Of a stretch of DNA of 64,000 bases, positions 50,297 through 60,800 are shown in pieces. The notes under the pieces are model-generated. The model searched no databases and was not told where the DNA came from. It saw nothing but the letters and a program-made list of their open reading frames with translations. Position 1 is the stretch's first letter. Every line of letters begins with the position of its first letter. Source of the stretch: Candidatus Hydrogenedentota bacterium (GTDB lineage Bacteria; Hydrogenedentota; Hydrogenedentia; Hydrogenedentales; SLHB01); NCBI GenBank assembly GCA_963674865.2, contig CAXXYE010000004.1:352001-416000 (forward strand). The letters run 5' to 3'. The position numbers and the translations under genes were made by a program.

Positions 50297-51403
50297 TTGC
50301 CCCAGCCCCTGATAGAGCTGCCATCGACGACGAGGGCCCACCTCATTCTCGTGGCGATCGTCTTCGTGGCCCTCTTTGTAGCCGCCATACTTCTCGATGT
50401 CTGGCGTCGTCGCGCCGCGAGGAAACGCCAGATCGAGGGGGAATGGCGTATGGCCAAAGAGATAGCCGATAGCAAGGCCCTGTCCAAGGACGATTGGCGC
50501 TTCCTGCGGGCCCTTGTCCTGAAGCACGCTCCCTCCGACCCCCTGCGGACCATCACCGTGCGTCAGCATTTCGATCAGTGCGTGGAAGTTGAGATGAAGG
50601 CCCTCAAAGCGGCCGGACGTGCGGAAGCGTTTGACAAGGCCGGTGTTCGCCTACGCGCTATCCGGGGCCGCCTCGGACTCGACTACGTTCCCCTTGGCCA
50701 GCCTATTCACTCGACGCGCGAGTTGAGCGTCGGGCAGCACGTGTGGGTCGCCCCGCTCACCCAGGAGCCGCCGGACTGGTTCCGCGTGGGAGTCGAAGCC
50801 ATTGACGAGGCCCATTTTCACGCGGCCCCGCGCGGTGTGAAAGACGGGGCAACGCCACAGCTTTCCGTAGGAGCGGAAGTGCGCTGCCGGATGTGGCACG
50901 AGGAAGACGCCCGCTACGTTTTCGCGACGAGGGTCGTTCACTACGAGTCCGCCCCGCCGATGTGGGCGTTCGAACACACGTCACACTTGGACCGCGTTCA
51001 GGCACGGGCCTACTATCGGATTCATCACGAGCAAACGGCTATGATAGGCGTTGTCAATGCTCCCTTGGACGATAACCTCTCCGACGTTTCCCAGCGGCCC
51101 GTCATCACAAGGCTTCGGGGGCAAATCATCAGCTTGAGCGCCGGTGGCATTGCCGTTGTTTCCGGACAGCCTATTCCTAAGCAGGTGATTCTGCGAGTTC
51201 CCCTTGAATTGGGCCAAGGCACGTGCTCCACCGTGGACGCGAAGATTGTCGTGGCAACGCCCCTTTCCGCCGGGCGTTACCTCGTGCGTGCGGTTTTCAT
51301 CAACATGGAGGATGATGTCCGAGAAGACATCGCACACTATGTTGTGCAGCGCCAGCAACCTTTGCTCGGTGCGGAGAATCGATGGCCGGAGCGCGCTCAG
51401 TGA
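50297..51403 (+). CDS. Membrane-anchored PilZ-domain (YcgR-like) c-di-GMP effector
   Basis: QARAYYR (RxxxR) and SLSAGG (D/NxSxxG-like) motifs. Confidence 0.8.
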   Translation: MPQPLIELPSTTRAHLILVAIVFVALFVAAILLDVWRRRAARKRQIEGEWRMAKEIADSKALSKDDWRFLRALVLKHAPSDPLRTITVRQHFDQCVEVEMKALKAAGRAEAFDKAGVRLRAIRGRLGLDYVPLGQPIHSTRELSVGQHVWVAPLTQEPPDWFRVGVEAIDEAHFHAAPRGVKDGATPQLSVGAEVRCRMWHEEDARYVFATRVVHYESAPPMWAFEHTSHLDRVQARAYYRIHHEQTAMIGVVNAPLDDNLSDVSQRPVITRLRGQIISLSAGGIAVVSGQPIPKQVILRVPLELGQGTCSTVDAKIVVATPLSAGRYLVRAVFINMEDDVREDIAHYVVQRQQPLLGAENRWPERAQ

Positions 51404-52119
51404 ACGTGTTACGGGAGGCCATTCAAGTAGTCCATCGGAACATCCTCTGTGTTCTTGTCTATGCCCTCATATCGGTGCTGGCGGACGGCGTGAGGCTTGG
51501 GGGGGACTCCCTAGCGAGATTGCTTTTTCATGTTGAGGCGCCCGACGCCCTGCCGGCGGCATATTACTTGTTTGCGGATGTGGCCCTGTCGGCTGTGTAC
51601 GCCCTCATTCAGACGCTCATCTTCACTTGGCTGGGGCGCGAGATAGACAAGCCCTTGTATAAGATCGCGGTGCCGGGTGAGGCCATGAAGCGTTTCTTCG
51701 CAATGTGGTTGCTGTTCGGACTGGTTAGCCTGACGCTCTTCCGATTGTCTCTCAGCCAGCATACCGCCGATAACCTCGAACTGGCTCAGGTGCTACTCCT
51801 CGCATTCGTCATGTTTGAGGCGTTTAGCATTCCTGTCGGCGCCTGCGTGATGTTTCGCGGGAGCTTCGAATGGCGTTCCCTGCTGGACGCGCTCAGTCCC
51901 CTCTGGCGACAATTTCACGCAGCTCTTGGCGTGCTGCTTGTAAGTCTTATGCAGGTCCTACTCGTCCTGGGACTGATTGTCTGGCTGGCGCCGTACAGGG
52001 CGCTGCTTCTTCTGGTAGACGTGGCTGCCGCGTACCTCGCCTGCCTCGTCTTTGCCGGCGTATGGCTTGTGTGTATGTCGGACAGAGATTCCGACGACGA
52101 GCCCGAGTACCATTTCTAG
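51382..52119 (+). CDS. Multi-pass membrane hypothetical protein
   Basis: About six hydrophobic segments; lies in an operon-like run. Confidence 0.7.
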   Translation: MAGARSVNVLREAIQVVHRNILCVLVYALISVLADGVRLGGDSLARLLFHVEAPDALPAAYYLFADVALSAVYALIQTLIFTWLGREIDKPLYKIAVPGEAMKRFFAMWLLFGLVSLTLFRLSLSQHTADNLELAQVLLLAFVMFEAFSIPVGACVMFRGSFEWRSLLDALSPLWRQFHAALGVLLVSLMQVLLVLGLIVWLAPYRALLLLVDVAAAYLACLVFAGVWLVCMSDRDSDDEPEYHF

Positions 52120-52157
52120 TCTTGTGAGGCGTCCTTGAGCAGCAACCGGAACATGCT

Positions 52158-52736
52158 ATGACCACTCGCCGCGCACATAGGCCCGCGCCTCCCATGCAAG
52201 TCTCCGGGCGCATCCTCCGAGGATGTCTTTTCGCCGTGGGAATTGCTGTAGCTCTGGTGGTGGCCGGAGTCGTGTCGCTGCTCATCGTGAGTTGGCGCAG
52301 GCCGGAGGATAGCCCTCTCGCGCGAATGTATCGCACCGAGGCCGATCTTGCCGCCCTCGCCAAGGCGGTGGCCATGTACGCGGAGGCGCACAGCGTCTAC
52401 CCGCCGCCCGGCCAAGTGGGACTGCGCCTGGCAACCGACTATGTGTCGCGCGACACGGCCTACTTCCCCGATGGGCCGCCTCCGGACGGATGGGAACGGC
52501 CCTATCGGTATGTGCCAAGCTCCGAGTACGCCGCAAAGAACTCCGGCGCGTGCCGTGTGGAGGGAGAATTCGCCGCGCCCGGCGCCTTCCAGCTCTACTC
52601 TCTGGGCGCCGACGGCGTCGCCGGCCTTGACGACGCGGCCCAACAAGCGGACAATATCACCAGTTGGGACCCGTCAAAAGCATGGCGGGCAATCTATCAC
52701 GAACAAGAAGTGGCGTTTAGACGCAAACGGCGGTGA
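52158..52736 (+). CDS. Type II secretion pseudopilin GspG-like domain protein
   Basis: DGWERPYRY and FQLYSLGADG...DNITSW motifs. Confidence 0.75.
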   Translation: MTTRRAHRPAPPMQVSGRILRGCLFAVGIAVALVVAGVVSLLIVSWRRPEDSPLARMYRTEADLAALAKAVAMYAEAHSVYPPPGQVGLRLATDYVSRDTAYFPDGPPPDGWERPYRYVPSSEYAAKNSGACRVEGEFAAPGAFQLYSLGADGVAGLDDAAQQADNITSWDPSKAWRAIYHEQEVAFRRKRR

Positions 52737-52852
52737 TGGGCTCTTGTCAGGGGGCGGATCGGCAAGGCAATGCACCGGAGAATGCGAACGGAAACGTATC
52801 GCCGCAACGGAGCCCCCTTTTGACGAAACGGGCGAACGTATGAGGCGAGCGC

Positions 52853-54160
52853 ATGAAACTTAGTTTACCTTACGGTGAGACCTTTCTAGAGGCCGATATC
52901 GACTGGGGCCGCTTCCTCGGCGTTGTCGATATCGCTGACCGCCCGGCGGCGCCTAGCGTCGATGACGCGGTGGCCGCGGCTCTCAATCATCCCATTGGAC
53001 TTGAGAAGAGGCTTGTCGATATGGTCTCCGCCGGCGACACATGCGCCCTGCTGGTGTCCGACAGCTTCCGTCAGACTCGGGCGGATCAGATTCTGCCCAT
53101 TCTTGTGGATGCACTCAACGAGGGAGGTATTCCTGACGAGGATATCGTACTCGTCTTTGCCACCGGCACGCATCGCGCACCTACACCTGAGGAGCAGCGG
53201 GCCATTCTTGGCCCGGCTATCGCCGAGCGTTTTCACGGGCGAACGCTCGTCCACGATCCGCACGATGAGGATAATCTCACCTTCGTGGCAACGACGCCGC
53301 GAGGCACGCCCGTGTTCATCAACCGGCGTGTCTATGAATGCGACAGAATCATCGCGACCGGCGCTGTCGTACTCCATTACTTCGCCGGATTCGGGGGCGG
53401 TCGAAAAGCTATTGTGCCGGGGATTGCCGGCGTTGAGACTATCGCGCACAACCATGCCATGAACCTGGATCCGCATCGAGGCAGGACGAATCCGGCCGTC
53501 CGCATCGGTGTCCTCGACGGCAATCCCGTCGCCGAGGACATGCTGGATGCGGCCCGCCTCGTCAATCCGGATTTCATCGTCAACACGGTGCTCAACCGCG
53601 AGGGGCAAATCGCCGGCGTCTTCGCCGGTGAGATGGATGCGGCCCACCGGGCGGCGGCCGCCTTCGCATGTGGACTCTTCGCCGTGCCCATCGCGGAGCC
53701 GGCGGATCTCGTCATTGCCGCTTCCGCCCACACGCGCAATTTCGTGCAGACGCACAAAGCGCTTTTCAATGCCTACCAGGCGGTGAAGCCTTCCGGGAGG
53801 ATTATTCTCCTGGCGCCTTGCGAGGAGGGGCTGGGAGGGGAGCAATTCGGCCAATGGCTACGGCTACCGGGCCGGGCGGAGATTATCGCCGCGTTGCGTG
53901 AGCAGTCCGAGATCAATGGCCAAACCGCTCTCTCCACCATCGGGAAAGGCCCTATTACCCTTGTGGTAACCGAGATGGCAGAGCGCGATGTCGCCATGCT
54001 CCGGGCGGAGAAGGCCGACTCGCTTCACACCGCTCTCGAACTTGTCCGGAAGGAATTGCCCGATGATCCAACGTATTGGGTGATGCCTTCGGCCGCCTAT
54101 AGCGTACCTTTCCTCGGGAGCCTGCCTGATCCGATTGGGGGCGGAACTACGTCATCTTGA
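52853..54160 (+). CDS. larA: LarA family nickel-pincer-dependent racemase/epimerase
   Basis: ATGTHR, VHD and HYFAGFGGGRK motifs. Confidence 0.85.
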   Translation: MKLSLPYGETFLEADIDWGRFLGVVDIADRPAAPSVDDAVAAALNHPIGLEKRLVDMVSAGDTCALLVSDSFRQTRADQILPILVDALNEGGIPDEDIVLVFATGTHRAPTPEEQRAILGPAIAERFHGRTLVHDPHDEDNLTFVATTPRGTPVFINRRVYECDRIIATGAVVLHYFAGFGGGRKAIVPGIAGVETIAHNHAMNLDPHRGRTNPAVRIGVLDGNPVAEDMLDAARLVNPDFIVNTVLNREGQIAGVFAGEMDAAHRAAAAFACGLFAVPIAEPADLVIAASAHTRNFVQTHKALFNAYQAVKPSGRIILLAPCEEGLGGEQFGQWLRLPGRAEIIAALREQSEINGQTALSTIGKGPITLVVTEMAERDVAMLRAEKADSLHTALELVRKELPDDPTYWVMPSAAYSVPFLGSLPDPIGGGTTSS

Positions 54161-54222
54161 CGCGGACCCTCGCCCCAAGGTAGAACCGCTTTCAGCGCGA
54201 TGGCACGGGAGCGAGGAACAGC

Positions 54223-55866
54223 GTGGCCGAACTGCACAAATCGGATCTGACGCAGATTCAAGAAGAAAACCTGAAGGCGCGGAGCGCCGCTGCCGGCTCG
54301 TGCTCTGACTTGGCCCACTTCTACGCAGTCTTGGGCGAACTCAGCGCACTCCGCGACCTGGAATCGCGCGCCCAGCCCGGCGATGCGTTGGGCCTTCTCA
54401 CTCTGGATGTCGCCCTCCTCGGTGAAGAGGCGGGCCGCTACGAACGCGTAGCGACACAACTGGAAGGCCAGAGCGACCCCTGGCTCTATTACACGGTGGG
54501 CAAGTTCCTCCTCGGCCAGGACCGCGTGGCGGAGGCGGTGCGCGTCGCCGTGTGGGCCATTGCGGCGGATCCCAAGAACACCGTCGTCCTCAATCTCATC
54601 GTTGAGTACCTCGCCCATAAGGGCGACTTCGCACTGGCCGCCGAACTGGCAGAGCGTGCGGTGAAGCGCAATCCGCAGCAGCGGGATATGGAGGCGTTCT
54701 TGACAAGCGCCTCGCGTGATGCGAGTGGCTTCCCCGAGCCTTATCTCGATGTGCGCCCCCGTTACGAGCAGGTTTCCTTCTACCTCCCGGTGCACAATGT
54801 CGAGCGCTTCATCCGCGCGACCCTCGAAGGATTGGTGCATCAGTGCTATCCCCTGCACGAGATCCTCGTCATTGACGATGGCAGCGAAGACGGCTCCATC
54901 GAGTTCGCCCAAACCTTTCCGGTGCGAATCATCCGGCATAGGCAGAACAAGGGACTTGCGGCCGCGCGGAACACTGCCTTTCAACACGCCGCCACGCCGT
55001 TTCTCGGCGCCTTGGATACCGATGCGACGCCGGAGCCCGGCCTGACGAAGTACATGATGATGGAGTTCGAGAATGCGTCGCCTGATGTCGTCGGCGTCGG
55101 CGGTCGGCTCATCGAGCACTACCAGGACAACGCGCCCGACCACTGGCGCGCCGTCAACCTGACGCAAGATCCCGGCGGATTCCGCATCGCCCCCGCAGGC
55201 GCCATCACCGGCTCGAAGACGATTTTCCGGCGCGATGCCGTCCTGGAAGTAGGCGGTTACAACGAGAAATATCGCACGAATAACGAGGACGTCGACCTCT
55301 GCGCCAGGCTCACCGACCGCGGCTACACCCTCGTCAACACGCCCTACGCCATCGCTCACCACATGCGCACCGATACTGTCCAGAGCGCTTTGCGTACTTG
55401 CTGGAACTGGACGTTTTGGGGGCGCTATGAGGCGGGCGGATTCAGGTCGAAGGAGCAGGTGTTCCACAACCTTTGCGTCGAGGTCGAGAACGCGCTGACA
55501 CTCATCGAGGCCGACGAGCGCGAAGGCCACGCGGACTTGCTCTACATCGATTTCCTGTATCCCTTCCACGCCGCGTGCATGGATCTGGACTTTGCGGTGA
55601 AGGAGAGCGTCGTCACCCCCGAGGAGGCGTCTGCCGTCAAGGACACGACGCTCCAAGTCATTCCCGGACTGAACGCCCGCTTCGGCCCGAGGCTATACGA
55701 GGCCGTCCGGCGCGACCTGAGCCATTTCGTGCCGTCAAACGCGGCCAATCCCTCCGAAAACAAGGCGGATTTCCCCGGTTTCGGCGATTTTCTGGCCACG
55801 TTGAAGCAGATTCTGGGCGCGTTTGATGACGTGTGGTATGAGAAGGTGGCCGAAGCCGCCGGATAG
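54223..55866 (+). CDS. TPR + GT2 family glycosyltransferase
   Basis: N-terminal TPR-like helices, then PVHN, IDDGSED, GLAAARN, LDTD and EDVDL. Confidence 0.88.
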   Translation: MAELHKSDLTQIQEENLKARSAAAGSCSDLAHFYAVLGELSALRDLESRAQPGDALGLLTLDVALLGEEAGRYERVATQLEGQSDPWLYYTVGKFLLGQDRVAEAVRVAVWAIAADPKNTVVLNLIVEYLAHKGDFALAAELAERAVKRNPQQRDMEAFLTSASRDASGFPEPYLDVRPRYEQVSFYLPVHNVERFIRATLEGLVHQCYPLHEILVIDDGSEDGSIEFAQTFPVRIIRHRQNKGLAAARNTAFQHAATPFLGALDTDATPEPGLTKYMMMEFENASPDVVGVGGRLIEHYQDNAPDHWRAVNLTQDPGGFRIAPAGAITGSKTIFRRDAVLEVGGYNEKYRTNNEDVDLCARLTDRGYTLVNTPYAIAHHMRTDTVQSALRTCWNWTFWGRYEAGGFRSKEQVFHNLCVEVENALTLIEADEREGHADLLYIDFLYPFHAACMDLDFAVKESVVTPEEASAVKDTTLQVIPGLNARFGPRLYEAVRRDLSHFVPSNAANPSENKADFPGFGDFLATLKQILGAFDDVWYEKVAEAAG

Positions 55867-55870
55867 CCGC

Positions 55871-57190
55871 TCAAACGCGGCCCGAGCGCATGAGTCGTTC
55901 CAGGCGGACATTGCCGTCGGCTTCGGCGGCATCATCCCCCTGCACGGCGCCGGCGTACTTATCGAGCTGTCCCTTCGCCTTGAGGGTGTGGAGGGGTGTG
56001 CCCTCGATGGTGGCGGTGCCGGATGCTTGGGCCGTGTCAAGGGGGAGGGAGTTTATCAGGCGCTTGGTGTCGTTGATCTGCGCTTCCGTTTCACCGGGGA
56101 GGCCGAGGGTGAAGGTCCCGTGGACGGTCATCCCGAGCCGTTTCAGTTCGTAAACGACGGCGCAGGCATGATCCAGGTCGAGGTCCTTGCGGATGATGTT
56201 GTCGAGGACCCACTGATTTCCGCTCTCGATGCCGATCTTCACGCCGAAGCAGCCGCTCTCCTTCATGGCCGCCCAGGTGGTCATCGAAATGGTATCAGGG
56301 CGGCACATGGCCGACCAGCGGACGCCGATCCGCTGCATCACCTCGCACACGCCCAGGACGTGCTTGTCGCCGAGATTGAATGTATCGTCGTCGAAATAGA
56401 TGGTTTTGAAGTGGTAGCGCTCGATGAGTTCCGTCAGGAAGGCTTCCAAGTAGTCGGGAGTGTACTTCCGGACGAGGCGGCGGCCCGCGCCATCCGGGTC
56501 ATTCCCCGTCATGGTGGCCGGCCAGACGCAGAAAATGCAGCGGTACGGGCAGCCGCGGCTGCTCCACACCTGGGCGTGGGGGCGGATGTGGCCCGGGGGG
56601 CTGCCGTCCCAATAGCGCTTCGCGTGGAGCGGGTCGTAGTGGGGGAAGGGGGCGGCGTTCATCTCGTGGAGGTTCAGGAAATCGAAGTCGATGACGCCGG
56701 ACTCGCCGTTGATAACGCGAACGCTGCCCTTCTCGTACTCGCCTTTGATACAGGCGTGGATGGGATGCTGCGAGAGAAATTCCTCCGCGCGGCTGGTGAC
56801 GGGCGGGCCCGTGAGGACGATGCGCGTTTCGGGGCAGCGGCGGTGGATCTCGTCGACCACGCCGCAATCATGCTCCCAACTCGGACTCGATGTCTCGATG
56901 AAGACATAGTCGAACCGCTCGTGGGTGAGGAGCCGGTAATACTTTTCGTAGGATTCGCGTAGGGCGATGCTATCGCGGAAGCGCACGTCGGCGTCCGTCT
57001 TGTCCTTGGCGTACGAGGCGGCATAGCCCATGAAGAACGGGTAGGGGAGGTAATCGCCGAACCGGAAGTGATCCGGATTCGACCGGACGCCGCCGGTGGC
57101 CGGCCAACGCGAGCCAGCACGCACCCCGGCCACCCAGTAGCCATTCTCGCGCCGCACCCACCAAGGCGGGTTGCTGAACAAGACCTTCAC
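55871..57190 (-). CDS. B12-binding-domain radical SAM protein
   Basis: AGSRWP, SRGCPYRCIFC, FDDDTF, GIESGN and GLPGET motifs. Confidence 0.9.
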   Translation of the reverse strand: MKVLFSNPPWWVRRENGYWVAGVRAGSRWPATGGVRSNPDHFRFGDYLPYPFFMGYAASYAKDKTDADVRFRDSIALRESYEKYYRLLTHERFDYVFIETSSPSWEHDCGVVDEIHRRCPETRIVLTGPPVTSRAEEFLSQHPIHACIKGEYEKGSVRVINGESGVIDFDFLNLHEMNAAPFPHYDPLHAKRYWDGSPPGHIRPHAQVWSSRGCPYRCIFCVWPATMTGNDPDGAGRRLVRKYTPDYLEAFLTELIERYHFKTIYFDDDTFNLGDKHVLGVCEVMQRIGVRWSAMCRPDTISMTTWAAMKESGCFGVKIGIESGNQWVLDNIIRKDLDLDHACAVVYELKRLGMTVHGTFTLGLPGETEAQINDTKRLINSLPLDTAQASGTATIEGTPLHTLKAKGQLDKYAGAVQGDDAAEADGNVRLERLMRSGRV

Positions 57191-57254
57191 GCGTAACTCC
57201 TTTGACGGGGCGGCCTAGGGGCCAACCACCGCGGACAGGCCAGCCCTCTTCCCG

Positions 57255-57282
57255 TTATCGGCATACTGCGCCATCGACTGTA
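57255..57282 (-). promoter_or_regulatory. Putative sigma28 (FliA) promoter upstream of the radical SAM gene
   Basis: The minus strand reads TACA-16 nt-GCCGATAA: perfect -10, one mismatch in -35, spacer one base longer than the usual 15. Confidence 0.5.
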
Positions 57283-57854
57283 GCCGATGCAAAGGGCCGG
57301 CCCGGGCATTTTCTGACAGGATTCACATGATTTGCATGATTTCCGCGCTCAATCTTGCGGAACTTGCCAATCCTTGGGATTCTTGGCGGTGTTTGCTGCC
57401 CAGCCGATCCCGATGTGTAAGACTCGACCCTCCCGTTGGACTGTATCTTGCGGTTTTTCACGTCCCTGAGCACGAGAGAACCTTCCGGAAGAGGGGACAC
57501 GTAGTCGCGCCGGAGACGGCGCTTGGAACATGTCCCCTGTTCCTCCGCTATTCGATGGCTCTCTGGCCACCCCCTTAAACCTACTCTGCCCTCTACTCTA
57601 TAGTCCACCTCGTTGCATCCTTCCCGGCGGAAAAGGTTGGTGTGCATGAGGATAGGGTCGCAGGACGACGGAAGCGCCTTGGCACTGGGCGGAGACACCT
57701 GGTGAGAAAAGGTCCGCGAAACAAGGGGGATTTAGTAAACAGAGATGTACAATAATGAGTACTATACTACTAGTGCTTGTTTTGGCGCTTTGGCGAGCAA
57801 CGCTGAATACGGGGGATATCAGCTTGCGAAGTCAAACCGTGGGAGTGCGTCCGA

Positions 57855-60800
57855 CTAATCGGCCCCGCGCAGGAGCATGGGCATGAGAACGGCGTAGATC
57901 TTCTCCTGCATTTCCTCGTCGGCCGTGCGGCTCTCGATGAAGGCTCGGACTTGGCGCTCGCGGTGGAGGGCAAATCTCTCGTACTCCGTGTGGACTCGGG
58001 CGCATTCGTCGTCGTCGTAAGGGATTCGGACAAAACCGCGTCTGCACGTACTGGCAACCAGGACAACCAGGTTGACTTGGGCGTCACTCCTGACTTCGAG
58101 GATGGCAACGCTCCGCTTCTTGCCGTTCGAGAATCGCACACCGTGAGGGATGTGGAGATCGTGTAGAGGCTCTGGAGCGCCCTCTTGGGGAAGCTCATAG
58201 GTGTCGTATGGTTTTGCGGCGTCGATGAAATCCGGGTCGTAGTGACGAAAAAGTCCTGGCTCCTTCTCAAGCATCTCCTGGAAGACTTGCGAGGCGAGTT
58301 CCTCGGGCCTGGCGGCCCCTTTGCGCTTCGCTTTCTTCTTGTTGGCGATGGCTTTCTCTTCCTTTTGACGGGTCCATTCGAAGAAGTCGCGCAGGTAGGC
58401 GTAAAGCCGATCTATCAGTTCCCGTCGTTGCCTCTTGGAGCGGACGCCGAGCATCTGCAAGACAGCATCGTCGAGCGCGCGTCGGTCATCCATATCCAAT
58501 TCGCACTCGTCGCTGAGGTCCTTGAGCTGCTCCTCCTTACCGGCCTGCCGGTAAGCCATCTCGCGCATCCGCCGCTCGGAAAGGAACTGGACTGGACGAC
58601 GCCTCATCAATCGAGAGAATGTCCGTGCGATTTCCTCCGACTGTCTGGAGGTCCCGAGCCGGGGATCAGGAACAAGCATGGCGTTGACATCAACAACTTC
58701 GGTCTTGAAGTTGCCCTCGACACCAACAGGACGCCCGAACTGGAATTTCGAGAGGATTGTCACGGATGAGTTCAGGATCCCAGCCATAACACGGGAAGGC
58801 GTTTCTGCCGACAGATTAACATCGTAGAGGTTGCAGTTGCACTGAAGATTGGCGTCGTTCGTAGGAACCGCATGCTTGTATTGCTGAGACTTGGGCCAGA
58901 AAAGGGCGCCACGCTGGTGTCCAGTAAGATCGTACCACTCTCGTTCCTGCGTGACGCGACTGGCGCACGTCGCACCGGTGTGGAAGTTCCTTGATTCCCC
59001 CCACTTGATGTAGTCGAGAACGTGAGTTCCTTCTAGCTTCTCCCTCGGCTCGCCGGCCAGAAGGATTAGTCTTGAACAGTCTTCTGGTTCAACCGAGAAT
59101 CTGTCCACCTCCATGAGGCTGTGGACCTCCGGTTCGAGGTATTGTGCCTCGATGGGCCTGATCTCGCCTCTTCCTTCGCCACACTTGACAAGCTTGAGCT
59201 GTCCGGATGCCACGTCACAGCGGGGCACGCCGTACGTAATGAGAAAGGTTTCGGGGTCGGTGTGATTGGCCAGGCAATCAGCGCTGCCATCGATGGGATA
59301 GAAGAAGCAGTCCTTGCCGCTTTTCACGCCAAAACGGACATCGGCGAGTTCACCGAGAGGCGCAAAGCGCTTCCCATAGTCATCGAGGAGTTGGAACCAG
59401 AGGTCGGGGGCTCTGAGGTGGACGCCCCACTTGCCGCCGTAGTACTCGCCTGTCTGTGAGTGGGAGTCTTCATCGCCCGGGTCCTTCGACTTGCCCATAA
59501 TGACGCCAAGTTTGACGCCATCGTCCCACAGGGCGCCCTGGCGCACGAGGCGGGCGCGGTAGCGCTCGTTCGACGTGTTCTCCTTGAGAGAGAGGATTTC
59601 GTCGCGGAAGGCATCGGCGGCAAGGATCGCACCAGCCGTTGTGCCGTCATGGGCTATGATCTGGGCAACCGGCCGGCGCAATTGGACGAACCGGACGGTG
59701 TTGTCCATCCGTTTCTTCTCATCGAGTTGCCGGCGGAGGATGGTTACTGTTGTAGCTACTCGGGCGCCGACAAACCACGGTTCGTCAATGCTTTCCAGGA
59801 CGGCGAGTATATCGAAGTTGCGCAGGATGTACTCCTGAAGGCGGAAGCCGTATTCAACGTCAAGCCATTGACTCGACGTGAGGAGACAAAGGTAGGCGTC
59901 CGGCTTGAGAAAGGAGGCGGCGTGGGGCCAGAAGTAGCAGTGGATGTCGCTGCGTCCGGGAAGGATGGCGCCTTGCTCATCGGCCACCAACTTCTGGTAG
60001 TACTCCTTTGTGCCGGGCTCGGGGCCTCCCTTTCCTCTCCTCTTGGCCTTCGGGATTCCCTCCTGCCGAATATAGGGAGGATTGCCCACCACAGCGTCCA
60101 GAGGAGCTATGGTGACCTCGCGGTGCTGAAGATTGCCGAGTCCGTTGGAAGTGTTTCGCTTCGGAAGGGCAACGAATGGGCGGTCCGAAACGACATCGAA
60201 GAAGTCTTTTCGGACGACCTGAGGATAGTTCTCGGCCTCGACCAGGTCGCGTGTGGCAAGGTTGATGGTGGTAAGGTGGGCAGCAAAGCTGGAGTAGTCC
60301 ACGCCGTAGAGATCCGACAGGAGCTGGCCATGCTTGCGGGCGGGGGCCAATTCGCGTTTTCGGGCATACGCGCGCACGAGGAATGTGCCGCCGCCGCAGG
60401 CAGGATCCATCACTTTCTCGTCGCCTCGACGGATGCAGAAGCTGTTGATCAGGTCGACAATCTCAACACGGGTGTAGAACTGCCCGTACTTGTGCCGTTC
60501 CTCCGGCCCGATGAGGCGCTCGAAGATGTTGCCGATAACCTCGTAGTCCAGCTTCGAAAAGTCGAATTCGTGAATCTGACTAATGAGCACGCGCCAGTGA
60601 GGTGCCGCGCCGTCGGCGTAGAATGGAATGCGGTTCCCGATGCCGTGGTGCTCCTCGCCGAAGACTGTCTCATAGTCCCCGGTGGTATTCTTGGCTCGGG
60701 CAAAAGAGCCTTCGAGGTGCGTGCGGAGCGCATCACCTGTGTCGATGTGTTCGGGAACTGAGAGCCCGTCCATTCTCGTGCCGTAGCGCTTGAGAAGGGC

